Shown here one piece after another: positions 29,001 to 39,502 of a stretch of 64,000 nucleotides of DNA (position 1 is the stretch's first letter; every line of letters begins with the position of its first letter). The position numbers and the translations under genes were made by a program. Source of the stretch: a bacterium (lineage in GTDB: Bacteria > Patescibacteriota > Minisyncoccia > Sungbacterales > HO2-52-23); the NCBI GenBank assembly GCA_030697705.1, contig JAUYPE010000005.1, forward strand, positions 602 to 64,601, written 5' to 3'. The notes under the pieces are model-generated. The model had not been told where the DNA came from and did no database searches. It saw only the letters and a program-made list of their open reading frames with translations.

Positions 29001-30851
29001 CTATCCTTCTTTCTCATCCACTTCCTCGGTATTCTCCAAGGATTCGTCTTTCTCACTTTCCCGCTCGTCGCGCTCCTCGTCGTTTAAGAATCCGCCCGCC
29101 TGAATGCTCCAAAGCTTTTGGTAGAGTCCGCCGTGCCGGAGCAATTCCTGATGTGTTCCGTCGGCGACCAGGGTGCCGTCTTCCAGAACGACAATGCGAT
29201 CCATTCTCATAATAGTGGAGAGGCGATGAGCGATAACGACGACCGTCTTGCCGCGCATGAGTTCAGCGAGCGCATCTTGAATAAGCGTCTCCGATTCGGA
29301 ATCCAAGCTTGAGGTTGCCTCATCCAATACGAGGATAGGTGCGTTCTTAAGTATGGCACGGGCAATCGCCACGCGCTGGCGCTCGCCGCCGGAGAGTTTG
29401 ACACCCCGCTCGCCGACGAACGTCTCATAACCTTCGGGAAGGCGGGCGATGAACTCATGGCAGTGCGCGCGTCGCGCCGCATCCATAATCTCTTCGTCAC
29501 TCGCCTCGCGGCGGCCATAGCGGATATTTTCTTTGAGCGAACGGTGAAAGAGTACCGGTTCTTGGGGCACGAACGAGACGGTATTGCGTACACTCTCCTG
29601 CGTAACGGCGGCGATATCTTGTCCGTCAATCTCAATCCTGCCGTGGGGGATATTGTAGAGGCGGAGGAGCAGTTTTGTCACCGTTGACTTGCCAGCACCC
29701 GACGGACCGACAAGGGCGACTTTCTCTCCCGCGCGAATCGTGAATGTAAAATGCTCAAGCACGGGGCGCTCGGCGTGGAAATAAAAATCAACATCCCGAA
29801 ACGCAATCTCGCCCGCGCCGACGACAAGTGCTTGAGCGTGCGGTGCATCGGCAACCTCGTGCGGCGTCTCCAGCATGCCGACCATCTCGCTTGCGTCGGC
29901 GAACGCATCGTAAAACCTTCGCAATTCGCGGTTGATGCTGATAAGCCGGTCAATCGTTATGATCAGGTATGACTGAATAAGAACAAAGTCGCCGATGGTG
30001 AGGAGTCCGCGCCGCCAAAATACCATGGCGCCGTACAACAGGGCGACATTGATGGCGATCATGAAGATGCCGAGTGCCGCCCAAATGAGCTCATCCGCAT
30101 TCCATGAGCGAATCGTCGCCGCACGCCAACGCTCCACGGCATCGCCCAGTCGCCGGCGTTCGTGCCGTGCACCGGAAAAAAATAAGATGCTCATGTGGTT
30201 TGCAATCGCGTCCGAGAGCGTGCCAGTGACTTTACTGTCCTCCTCGGCACGGGCGACGCGAAGCGGTTGGCGCAAACGCGAGACGAAAACTTGAAAGGCG
30301 ACGAAACAGACGACCCATACGCCGAACATGATGCCGAGGGTATGATTCCGCACAAAAAGAATGCTGACCGCGCCAGTGACATACAAGAATGTGGGAAAAA
30401 ACTGAAGCATGAAGCAGTCGAACATTCCCTCAAATGCGCGGACGAATTTATTGACGCGATGCACGAGCGAGCCGGTAAAATGCGAGATGAAAAAATTATA
30501 TGAATGGCCGACGAGATATTCAAACGCGGTTGCAAAAAGATCCGCCATGACATGCGACTCCAGATGCACAATACTGAACGTCTGTATGCGCCGCGCCGCC
30601 CAGCCGGCAAGCGAGATGAGGGCAATCGTGCCGATAATCACAACCAATTCGTATCCCATGGTCGCATTCGGTGTGCGGCTTGCGAGGATATCGAAAAAAC
30701 GCCGCAAATAAAGCGGTGAAGCCAAATCGGCTACCTGTAGAGCGATTGAGCCAGAAAGGAGCGAGAAAAATAGCCATGGATACTTGCGTGTATGGCGATA
30801 ATAAACTTTGAACACCGACCCTGCACCGCTTTTATAGCGAGGTGATAGCAT
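29001..30851 (-). CDS. ABC exporter, fused permease/ATPase (MsbA-like)
   Basis: 6-TM domain, GPSGAGKST, LSGGERQR, LDEATSSLD; ATG 30851 lies 7 nt after TATGCT. Confidence 0.92.
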   Translation of the reverse strand: MLSPRYKSGAGSVFKVYYRHTRKYPWLFFSLLSGSIALQVADLASPLYLRRFFDILASRTPNATMGYELVVIIGTIALISLAGWAARRIQTFSIVHLESHVMADLFATAFEYLVGHSYNFFISHFTGSLVHRVNKFVRAFEGMFDCFMLQFFPTFLYVTGAVSILFVRNHTLGIMFGVWVVCFVAFQVFVSRLRQPLRVARAEEDSKVTGTLSDAIANHMSILFFSGARHERRRLGDAVERWRAATIRSWNADELIWAALGIFMIAINVALLYGAMVFWRRGLLTIGDFVLIQSYLIITIDRLISINRELRRFYDAFADASEMVGMLETPHEVADAPHAQALVVGAGEIAFRDVDFYFHAERPVLEHFTFTIRAGEKVALVGPSGAGKSTVTKLLLRLYNIPHGRIEIDGQDIAAVTQESVRNTVSFVPQEPVLFHRSLKENIRYGRREASDEEIMDAARRAHCHEFIARLPEGYETFVGERGVKLSGGERQRVAIARAILKNAPILVLDEATSSLDSESETLIQDALAELMRGKTVVVIAHRLSTIMRMDRIVVLEDGTLVADGTHQELLRHGGLYQKLWSIQAGGFLNDEERDERESEKDESLENTEEVDEKEG

Positions 30852-30962
30852 ACGGCGGAGCATAGCACATTTTGATGGTATGTATGTAATGGTTGGTAGC
30901 CGCATCCCGATCAGGAAAAGAATGACGAGAAAAATTAATTTTGAACGCCAGCCGACTGCGTC

Positions 30963-31140
30963 TTGACAGGGGAATAGGGATTGGAGTACACTAGGGGCAC
31001 TGAAGGAAAGGGTGTCATGGGACATCCATGCGGTTCTGGTGGGGTTAGGCGGTAACTATTCCGATAACTGAACCACTATTTGCGTACTTAGCCAGTAATC
31101 GCAAAATTTGTTTGTCACCCCTAGAAAGCATAGGGTTTTT
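30963..31140 (+). promoter_or_regulatory. rpoB promoter and structured leader ending in a terminator-like hairpin
   Basis: TTGACA-18-TACACT, hairpins, then CCCTA-GAAAGCA-TAGGG-T5. Confidence 0.55.
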
Positions 31141-31190
31141 GTTGTTTTATTTTTTTGGGGAAACAGTACAGTAGTATATTTTCATAGCGA

Positions 31191-31312
31191 TAATCATTGC
31201 GAGCGAGGCGATAAGGAAGCGATTCGGTACGCGTAGTTAAAAGCTATAGGTTGCTTCATCCCGCCACGCTACCGCTCGCGGCTAAGGGATCACTCGCTTC
31301 TCGCAATGATTA
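31191..31312. repeat. TCATTGCGAG..CTCGCAATGA REP/RPE-like palindrome
   Basis: 13-bp perfect terminal inverted repeat TAATCATTGCGAG / CTCGCAATGATTA. Confidence 0.75.
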
Positions 31313-31431
31313 AAGAAGGCGAAAACATTGGTCGCAAGGGCGAAGAAGTACGCAGAGCAAAAGAGGTTGTTTATAAACCGTGACCAAAAGACCATTTTTC
31401 TCTCTCATTATCCACTAAACCAAAAGGCGCC

Positions 31432-34400
31432 ATGGAGAAAAAATACTTTTCACGCTATCGTTCGGCGTTGGTAGAGCTTCCGCCACTGGTGGAGGCGCAA
31501 GTCAATTCATACGCATGGTTTTTTACGCGGGGACTCCGCGAGCTTTTTGCCGAGGTCTCGCCGATTAAGGATTTCGGCGGTAGCGAACTCTTTTTGGAAT
31601 TTATTGATTTTTCCCTGGATGATCCGAAATACGACGAGTTCAAGGCCCGGGAGCTCAACGCTTCATTTGAAGCGCCGCTTCGCGTGCGTGCGCGTTTGAC
31701 CAATAAAAAAACGGGTGAGATAAAAGAACAAGAAATTTACCTTGGTGAATTTCCCATTATGACGCCGCGGGGGACTTTTATCGTCAACGGTGTGGAGCGT
31801 GTTGTCGTCTCGCAGCTCATTCGCTCTTCGGGCGTGTATTTTACGAGCTCCATGGCGCGCGGCAAGAAATACTTCGGTGCCAAAATCATTCCCAATCGCG
31901 GCGCATGGCTTGAATTTGAAACCGACGCCGACGGGGTATTGCAGGTAAAAATCGACCGCAAACGCAAGATTCCCGCGTCAGCCCTCTTGCGGGTTTTCGG
32001 CATGGAGAAAGATGAGGCGATTTTAGCCAAGATGCCGAATGCCATGATCGGTGACGTGAACGCCGTTGCCAAAACGCTTGAACGGGATCCGTCAAAAACG
32101 CGCGACGAGGCGTTCATTGAGATTTACAAGCGTATTCGTCCGGGCGACCTCGCAACGGTGGACAATGCGCGTACGCTTATCCAGTCGCTTTTCAGCTTTG
32201 ACCGGTATGATCTTGCCGAAGTGGGGCGGTATAAGTTTAACCAGCGATTGGGTCTTCCTTTGCCTGAGCATTTAGCGCACTCGTCGTTTGTGCACGGCGG
32301 GGAGGTGGTTGATGCCGAGGCGAAAGCCATACGAGCGGTGGGGACGCTCGACCGCTCAACACGTATCTTAAGCGCTGATGATATTTGCGCAGTGCTTGGT
32401 GAAATTGTGCGGTTAAACAATATCGGTGATGCGCCGGCAGACGACATTGACCACTTGGGCAACCGTCGCGTGCGCGGTGTGGGCGAGATGTTGCAAAACA
32501 AGCTTCGCATCGGCATGACGCGGATGGCGCGCATTATCCGCGACCGGATGTCCACGCTTGATCCCTTTACCATTACGCCGGCACAGCTCATTAACGCGCG
32601 GCCCTTTATGGCTTCGGTTAAAGAATTTTTCACCTCATCCCAGCTTTCGCAATTCATGGACCAGGTGAATCCGCTTTCAGAACTTGAACACAAGCGTCGT
32701 CTCTCGGCGATGGGACCGGGCGGACTTCAGCGCGAGCGCGCGGGCTTTGAGGTGCGCGACGTGCATCCTTCGCACTATGGTCGCATCTGTCCGATTGAAA
32801 CTCCGGAGGGTCCGAACATCGGTCTCGTCGGTCACTTGGCGTCGTATGCGCGATTGAACGAACTCGGTTTGATTGAAACGCCGTATATCGTCGTCAAGGA
32901 CGGGCGCGTGACGAAAGAAGTCAAATATCTGAATGCCGTTTCGGAAGTTAAACACAATATCGCCCATGCGGGCGTGGCAGTGGACGCACACGGCATGATC
33001 GTGGAGGATCGTGTGGAGGCGCGCATCGAGGGTAATCCCGGTATCGTGCGTCGCGAGGAGGTGCATTATATGGATGTTTCGTGCCAACAGCCCATTAGTA
33101 TCGCGACGAGCTTGATTCCCTTTCTTGAGCATGACGACGCGAATCGCGCACTGATGGGTTCTAACATGCAACGACAGGCGGTACCGTGTGTTCGCGCGCG
33201 TGCGCCGTTGGTGTCCACTGGCATTGAGTCTCGTGCGGCGCGGGATTCGGGGCGCGTTACCCTTGCCGAAGAAGAAGGTATTATTGAAGAAGTTGATCCG
33301 AATCACATTTCCATTAAAGAAAAATCAGGCAAGATGAAGGACTATCCCTTGGTATCGTTCTTGCGCACAAATGCGTTTACCGTTATCCGCCAGAAGCCGA
33401 TCGTGCGTCCCGGGCAGAAGGTGAAAAAGGGTGATGCGCTTGCCGACAGTTCATCCACCGACGGGGGTGATTTGGCGCTGGGGCAAAATATTCTCGTCGC
33501 GTTTTTGTCATGGTTCGGAAGCAACTACGAGGACGCGATCATCATCTCCGAGAAATTATTAAAAGACGACCGGTATACCTCAATCCACATTGAGGATTTT
33601 ACGATTGATGTACGCGATACGAAATTGGGTCCTGAAGTAACGACGCCCGATATTCCCAATGTCGGTGAGGAAAAGTTAAAAAATCTTGACGAAGACGGCG
33701 TCGTCGCCATCGGCGCGGAGGTGCGCTCGGGAGATATTCTTGTGGGAAAAATTTCGCCCAAAGGCGAGTCCGATCTCACGCCGGAAGAAAAACTCTTGCG
33801 CGCGATTTTCGGCGAAAAGGCGCGGGATGTCAAAGATACTTCTTTGCGCGTGCCACACGGTAAGCGCGGCCGTATTGTCGGTGTGCGCGTGTTTTCTCGC
33901 GAGCGGGGGGATAAACTGGACGCAGGCGTTATCAAGCAAATTCAGATTGATATTGCCCAGATGCGTAAAATTGCGGTAGGCGACAAGCTCGCGGGGCGCC
34001 ACGGCAACAAAGGCGTTATCGCAAAAATCTTGCCGGAAGAAGATATGCCCCATTTGGAGGATGGCACGCCGGTGGAGATGATTTTAAACCCTCTCGGTGT
34101 CGCTTCGCGTATGAACTTGGGGCAGATTCTTGAGACGCATCTTGGATGGGCGGCTAGTAAACTTGGCTATCGTGCGATTACGCCAGCGCTCGCGGGTGTC
34201 ATGGAGGAGGAAATCAAAAAAGAACTTGAACGTGCGGGGCTCCCCGGAGACGGCAAGGTCGCTCTTTACGACGGTAGAACAGGAGAGCGATTCGGAGAAA
34301 AAATTACTGTCGGCTACTCGTATATCATGAAGCTCATTCACCTTGTGGAGGACAAGATTCACATGCGCTCTATTGGGCCCTATTCGCTTATTACCCAACA

Positions 34401-34761
34401 GCCGCTCGGAGGCAAGGCGCAATTCGGCGGCCAGCGCTTCGGCGAGATGGAGGTCTGGGCGCTTGAGGGATACGGCGCGGCGTATACCTTGCAGGAAATG
34501 CTTACGATTAAGTCCGACGATGTGATGGGGCGTTCTTCAACCTACGAATCAATCATCAACGGCGAAAAAATCAAGACACCCAATATCCCCGCATCGTTTA
34601 ATGTCCTCGTGAATGAATTAAAAGGTCTTGCGTTCAAAGTTGAGTTGATGAAGACGGATGAGGCACTGGTCGAAGCCGAGGCGGAGGAGGAGGAGAGAAA
34701 ATCAAGACCCGCCGTCATACCGATGCAGAAGGTCGTGCGTGAGCGGGTGAAGATGGGATGA
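31432..34761 (+). CDS. rpoB: RNA polymerase beta subunit
   Basis: [34 protein letters not shown]. Confidence 0.99.
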   Translation: MEKKYFSRYRSALVELPPLVEAQVNSYAWFFTRGLRELFAEVSPIKDFGGSELFLEFIDFSLDDPKYDEFKARELNASFEAPLRVRARLTNKKTGEIKEQEIYLGEFPIMTPRGTFIVNGVERVVVSQLIRSSGVYFTSSMARGKKYFGAKIIPNRGAWLEFETDADGVLQVKIDRKRKIPASALLRVFGMEKDEAILAKMPNAMIGDVNAVAKTLERDPSKTRDEAFIEIYKRIRPGDLATVDNARTLIQSLFSFDRYDLAEVGRYKFNQRLGLPLPEHLAHSSFVHGGEVVDAEAKAIRAVGTLDRSTRILSADDICAVLGEIVRLNNIGDAPADDIDHLGNRRVRGVGEMLQNKLRIGMTRMARIIRDRMSTLDPFTITPAQLINARPFMASVKEFFTSSQLSQFMDQVNPLSELEHKRRLSAMGPGGLQRERAGFEVRDVHPSHYGRICPIETPEGPNIGLVGHLASYARLNELGLIETPYIVVKDGRVTKEVKYLNAVSEVKHNIAHAGVAVDAHGMIVEDRVEARIEGNPGIVRREEVHYMDVSCQQPISIATSLIPFLEHDDANRALMGSNMQRQAVPCVRARAPLVSTGIESRAARDSGRVTLAEEEGIIEEVDPNHISIKEKSGKMKDYPLVSFLRTNAFTVIRQKPIVRPGQKVKKGDALADSSSTDGGDLALGQNILVAFLSWFGSNYEDAIIISEKLLKDDRYTSIHIEDFTIDVRDTKLGPEVTTPDIPNVGEEKLKNLDEDGVVAIGAEVRSGDILVGKISPKGESDLTPEEKLLRAIFGEKARDVKDTSLRVPHGKRGRIVGVRVFSRERGDKLDAGVIKQIQIDIAQMRKIAVGDKLAGRHGNKGVIAKILPEEDMPHLEDGTPVEMILNPLGVASRMNLGQILETHLGWAASKLGYRAITPALAGVMEEEIKKELERAGLPGDGKVALYDGRTGERFGEKITVGYSYIMKLIHLVEDKIHMRSIGPYSLITQQPLGGKAQFGGQRFGEMEVWALEGYGAAYTLQEMLTIKSDDVMGRSSTYESIINGEKIKTPNIPASFNVLVNELKGLAFKVELMKTDEALVEAEAEEEERKSRPAVIPMQKVVRERVKMG

Positions 34762-34775
34762 CCAACCCTGGGCTG

Positions 34776-34907
34776 GTCATCCCCGCGAAGGGGGATATCC
34801 AGTCATTCTGTATATATTGAACATTAGCGTGATTCCTCCCTCACGGGACGCCTACTGGCAGTCGCTCTGCTCGCCCGGACGACCCAGTCGGACGGGCTCG
34901 GAATGAC
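34776..34907. repeat. GTCAT..ATGAC REP/RPE-like palindrome with two nested modules
   Basis: Between rpoB and rpoC; carries the reverse complement of the 17706-17735 segment plus the hairpin GCCCGGACGACCCAGTCGGACGGGC. Confidence 0.75.
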
Positions 34908-34950
34908 GGCATGAGGAGGGGCAACTGCCTAAGTCCTACTCAAAATACCT

Positions 34951-37900
34951 ATGGAACAAACATCACTGACAGATTTTAACGCGATCGTACTGCGACTCGC
35001 CTCGCCCGAGGATATTTTGTCGTGGTCGCACGGCGAGGTGACGAAGCCGGATACGATTAACTATAGAACTGCCAAGCCGGAACGCGAAGGTTTGTTTGAC
35101 GAGAAGATATTCGGGCCTACCAAGGACTGGGAGTGCTACTGCGGAAAGTATCGCCGTATCCGGTATAAGGGAATCGTATGTGACAAGTGCGGCGTGGAGG
35201 TGACACGCGCCATCGTCCGCCGCGAGCGGATGGGGCATATTTCGCTTGCCGCGCCCGTTTCGCATATTTGGTTTTTGCGCGGCATTCCTTCGCGCATCGG
35301 TCTTATGCTTGACATGTCGGTTGGCGAGCTTGAGAAAGTGGTCTACTTCGCCGGCTATATTATTACGAAAATTGATGAAAGTGCACGCATTCAAAGTTTG
35401 GAAGAGATAGAGCGCGAGTTTAAATCAAAGGCGAAGGAACTTGACGGCAAGGAGCTTGAACAATTAAAAGAAGCAAAAGATAAGATCAAGGATGATTTGC
35501 GCGGATTGCGGCTTTATAGCGTTATCTCTGAAATAGAATACCACCGCCTTTCCAAAAAATTCGGCGAGGTATTTGAGGCGGCGATCGGTGCGGAGGCGAT
35601 TCGCAAGATTCTGGAAAACACAAATCTGGAGGAGCTCAGAAACCGCCTGGAACTGGAAATACAAAACCAATCGCCCATCGCTGAGAAAAAAACGGCGCGT
35701 CGCATTCAAATAATCAAAGGAATGATCAATGCCAATATCCGTCCGGAGTGGATGTTTCTGACGCACATTCCGATTATTCCTCCCGATCTGCGGCCGATGG
35801 TGCAACTGGACGGCGGGCGCTATGCGACCTCGGACTTAAACGATCTCTATCGCCGTGTTATTAATCGCAATAATCGCTTGAAGCGCTTAAATGAACTCCA
35901 CGCGCCGGAGGTTATTACGCGCAATGAAAAACGCATGTTGCAGGAGGCGGTGGACGCATTAAACGACAACTCCATTCGCCGCGGCTCATCTCCTGTCGCC
36001 TCGCAGGTACAGCGCCGACCGCTCAAGTCGCTTGCCGATATTCTCAAAGGCAAGCAGGGGCGCTTCCGTCAGAACTTACTTGGCAAGCGCGTGGACTACT
36101 CCGGGCGCTCGGTCATCGTCGTGGGACCTGATTTACAGCTTCACCAGTGCGGCATCCCAAAAAAAATGGCACTGGAATTATTCAAGCCATTCGTCATCCG
36201 TCGCCTTATTGAGCGCGAAATTGCGCATAATATCCGCGGTGCGGGCAAGATGATCGAGGATCAAGATCCGGTGGTATGGGAGAGTTTGGAGGAGGTTATT
36301 CAGGGCCGTTGCGTTCTACTCAACCGCGCTCCCACCCTTCACCGTCTGGGTATCCAGGCATTCCAGCCCGTGCTGATTGAAGGTGATGCTATTCAGATCC
36401 ACCCACTCGTATGTCCCGCATTTAACGCCGATTTTGACGGCGACCAGATGGCCGTTCACTTGCCGTTGACTGACGAAGCGCAACGCGAAGCGCATGAGAT
36501 TATGCTCTCGTCAAAAAATCTCCTCAAACCGGCAACGGGAGATCCCATTGTGGATCCGACCAAAGATATCGTACTCGGCTGTTATTATGCCACGCTCATC
36601 ACGGAGGGCGCAACGGGGGAGGGGAAGGTATTCGCTTCCAAGGAAGATGCTTTTCTGGCGCACGAGTGTGGCGTGGTGCATCTGCAGGCGCGGATTAAAG
36701 TCCGCGTGTCTAAGGCGAAACTTGCCGGCGAAATGGAGAAAAAATCAAAACGTGTTACTCTGGAAATGCCCAGAAATCTTGGGATGATTGAAACGACGGT
36801 CGGGCGCCTGCTCTTTAATCATGTGCTTCCCGTTGATTTTCCTTTTGTAAACCAACTGCTCAAGAGCCGTGATCTCGCAGAAATAGTAACGCGCATTATC
36901 AAGCGCTACGGCATCGCCGGCACGCCGCCGATTTTGGACAGTATTAAAAAATTCGGCTTCGCCTACGCGTCGTATTCAGGATTTTCGTGGGGCATGGACG
37001 ACCTGAACATTCCCACCGAGAAGCGCGGTCTTATTGATGAGGCGGAAAAAGAAGTTGAGACGATTCTTGACCAGTATGCGCGGGGACTGCTTACCGAGCG
37101 CGAGCGTTACGACCGCGTCGTGGAGGTGTGGGAGGAGGTGGTCAACAAAGTGACGAAGCTTGTTCCTAAGGTGCTTGATCCCAAGGGGCCGATTTTCAGC
37201 ATGGTTGACTCCCGTGCGCGCGGTTCATGGGGGCAAATTCGCCAGATGTCGGGCATGAAGGGACTGGTGGTAAATCCGGCAGGCCGCGTTATTGAACTGC
37301 CCGTGTTGTCTTCATACAAAGAGGGTTTAAATGTGCTTGAGTATTTCATCTCCACGCACGGTGCGCGTAAAGGAACGGCCGACACAGCGCTCCGCACATC
37401 AGCTGCAGGATATCTGACGCGCCGGCTGGTGGATGTGGCGCAGGACATGATTGTCATTGAAGGCGAATGTCGGACTAAAATGGGACTGGAACTCACACGC
37501 AAAGAATCGGAAGAAATCAACAAAACGCTCGGCGCGCGCGCCTTCAGCCGCGTGTTATTTGAGGATGCGAAAAATGCCAAGGGCGAGGTGGTGCTCAAAA
37601 AAGGCGAGGCGATAGACCATGAGAATGCGAAAAAAATTGAGGAGCACAAAATAGAACGGTTGGTTATTCGTTCGCCGATTACCTGCCGGAGTATTAAGGG
37701 CGTCTGCCAGCAGTGCTATGGCTATGATCTGGGCAATAATATGATCGTGCGTTTGGGCGAGGCGGTCGGCGTGGTTGCCGCGCAGGCGATTGGCGAGCCG
37801 GGCACCCAGCTCACCATGCGTACCTTCCACATGGGAGGCGTCGCCGGAGGGACCGATATTACTGGCGGCTTGCCACGTGTGGATGAACTCTTTGAGGTGC

Positions 37901-38595
37901 GTCCGCCAAAAGGTAAGGCGGTGATGAGTGATGTAAACGGCGAGATTATAGACATTGCGGAATCAGGTCGCGAAAAGACCCTAAAAATCGCGCTTGAGCC
38001 GGACGAGAAAAAAACGGGTACTGGCAAAGATAAAGATTCACTTGAAAAAGAAATTAAAATTCCCGCGGGTTTGGGTCTGCTTGTCGCGCGCGGGGCGAAA
38101 CTTACCAAAGGTATGATTCTTACCGAGGGTCATGCGGACTTGCGCGAGCTCTTCAAATATGCCGGCAAGGAGGTGGTTGAGCGGTATATTATCAAAGAAG
38201 TACAGAAGATTTATTCCTTGCAGGGCGCACCTATTCACGATAAGCATGTGGAGACGATCGTGCGCCAGATGTTCTCGCGTGTGAGGATAAAAGACACGGG
38301 AGAGACGAGCTTCAGTTCCGGAGAGGTGGTGGAGAAGCGCGACTTCCGCACCGAGAATCGCGCCGCCATTCGCGCCGGCAAGAAACCGGCGACGGCGGTT
38401 CAGTTACTGCTTGGCATCAGCCGCGTGGCGCTCTCAACCTCAAGCTTTCTTTCAGCCGCATCGTTTCAGGAGACGGCGCGCGTATTAATTGAAGCATCCA
38501 TACGTGGACGCAGAGACGAACTTCGTGGCCTGAAGGAAAATGTCATCATCGGTCGCCTTATCCCCGCCGGTACGGGATATCGGAAGGGGATGTAA
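34951..38595 (+). CDS. rpoC: RNA polymerase beta' subunit
   Basis: NADFDGD active site and Zn finger CYCGKY..CDKC. Confidence 0.99.
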   Translation: MEQTSLTDFNAIVLRLASPEDILSWSHGEVTKPDTINYRTAKPEREGLFDEKIFGPTKDWECYCGKYRRIRYKGIVCDKCGVEVTRAIVRRERMGHISLAAPVSHIWFLRGIPSRIGLMLDMSVGELEKVVYFAGYIITKIDESARIQSLEEIEREFKSKAKELDGKELEQLKEAKDKIKDDLRGLRLYSVISEIEYHRLSKKFGEVFEAAIGAEAIRKILENTNLEELRNRLELEIQNQSPIAEKKTARRIQIIKGMINANIRPEWMFLTHIPIIPPDLRPMVQLDGGRYATSDLNDLYRRVINRNNRLKRLNELHAPEVITRNEKRMLQEAVDALNDNSIRRGSSPVASQVQRRPLKSLADILKGKQGRFRQNLLGKRVDYSGRSVIVVGPDLQLHQCGIPKKMALELFKPFVIRRLIEREIAHNIRGAGKMIEDQDPVVWESLEEVIQGRCVLLNRAPTLHRLGIQAFQPVLIEGDAIQIHPLVCPAFNADFDGDQMAVHLPLTDEAQREAHEIMLSSKNLLKPATGDPIVDPTKDIVLGCYYATLITEGATGEGKVFASKEDAFLAHECGVVHLQARIKVRVSKAKLAGEMEKKSKRVTLEMPRNLGMIETTVGRLLFNHVLPVDFPFVNQLLKSRDLAEIVTRIIKRYGIAGTPPILDSIKKFGFAYASYSGFSWGMDDLNIPTEKRGLIDEAEKEVETILDQYARGLLTERERYDRVVEVWEEVVNKVTKLVPKVLDPKGPIFSMVDSRARGSWGQIRQMSGMKGLVVNPAGRVIELPVLSSYKEGLNVLEYFISTHGARKGTADTALRTSAAGYLTRRLVDVAQDMIVIEGECRTKMGLELTRKESEEINKTLGARAFSRVLFEDAKNAKGEVVLKKGEAIDHENAKKIEEHKIERLVIRSPITCRSIKGVCQQCYGYDLGNNMIVRLGEAVGVVAAQAIGEPGTQLTMRTFHMGGVAGGTDITGGLPRVDELFEVRPPKGKAVMSDVNGEIIDIAESGREKTLKIALEPDEKKTGTGKDKDSLEKEIKIPAGLGLLVARGAKLTKGMILTEGHADLRELFKYAGKEVVERYIIKEVQKIYSLQGAPIHDKHVETIVRQMFSRVRIKDTGETSFSSGEVVEKRDFRTENRAAIRAGKKPATAVQLLLGISRVALSTSSFLSAASFQETARVLIEASIRGRRDELRGLKENVIIGRLIPAGTGYRKGM

Positions 38596-38635
38596 GCGTT
38601 TGACAGGTTTAAATAAGGCACTATACTGCTCTCAT

Positions 38636-38925
38636 ATGGTAGTGAAGATGACAATTGAGAAACTTGCCGAGATGACGCGTGATGAATTTGGACATGTGAG
38701 AGGAGAAACGAAAGAAATGGGGCGATTGTTAAATGAGAAAATGGATGGTGGATTCATGGCGGTACGGCGAGAGATGCAGGAAAACACTCGTGCCATCCTT
38801 GCCGGATTGTCCGCCCAAGGCGGATCCGCCTTTGGCGGAAAAGCGTAGAATATGTAAAACTCCGCATGCGGATTGACTCATTGGAAACACGGATGGGCAA
38901 AGTTGAGCGGTTGGGAAAAAGATAG
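38636..38925 (+). pseudogene. Small coiled-coil protein frameshifted by a hairpin insertion
   Basis: MTIEKLAEM... stops at 38848; removing 38810-38838 restores ...AGLKSVEYVKLRMRIDSLETRMGKVERLGKR*. Confidence 0.65.
38810..38839. repeat. Double-hairpin palindrome
   Basis: TCCGCC-CAA-GGCGGA-TCCGCC-TTT-GGCGGA. Confidence 0.85.
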
Positions 38926-39075
38926 GAATATACCGCAAGATATCTACATAAAACGGCTTATTAAAGCTGTTCTATGATGTACTATTGACATAATTTATTA
39001 TTAGTGCTATCCTCTTATTATTCGTTGGGCCTAAATTCACCCCTAGAATTTTTTTCTTAACAGGAGGAACTGGAC

Positions 39076-39402
39076 ATGGAGACAGGTGAGTTCTTTTTAG
39101 ACGAAGTGCGAGAAGCTATGCGGTTTGAAAGGGTAGGTGACGAGATCAAAGCCAAACAGATTGAGATGGAGATTTATGAGTATTTTCAAGAGAAGGATGA
39201 AGTGCTCGGCATGAGTGTCCTGAACTATTTTGATCCGGAATTGTCCGATCACGATAATTGTTCCGGATTTGTCGCGACTCTTGAAGATGATCGCGAGAAA
39301 TATGAGAGGATGCTTAATGGGGAGGAGGAGTGGGACAGATCTGATCCGGTTGACATGATTGACAGGATCAACAAGTGGCTTAGATTTTTTTCTGAGCGCT
39401 AG
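39076..39402 (+). CDS. Acidic hypothetical protein (ORFan cassette)
   Basis: Promoter TTGACA-17-TATCCT, SD AGGAGG, terminator at 39433-39465. Confidence 0.7.
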   Translation: METGEFFLDEVREAMRFERVGDEIKAKQIEMEIYEYFQEKDEVLGMSVLNYFDPELSDHDNCSGFVATLEDDREKYERMLNGEEEWDRSDPVDMIDRINKWLRFFSER

Positions 39403-39502
39403 GATAGTGTTCCATGCATAGCTCACAATCTTAAGCGGCAGTGCTTTTTGCACTCGCCGCTTTTTCTTGCCACAAAATGCGGTTTCGCGTACAATAGAGG
39501 AC

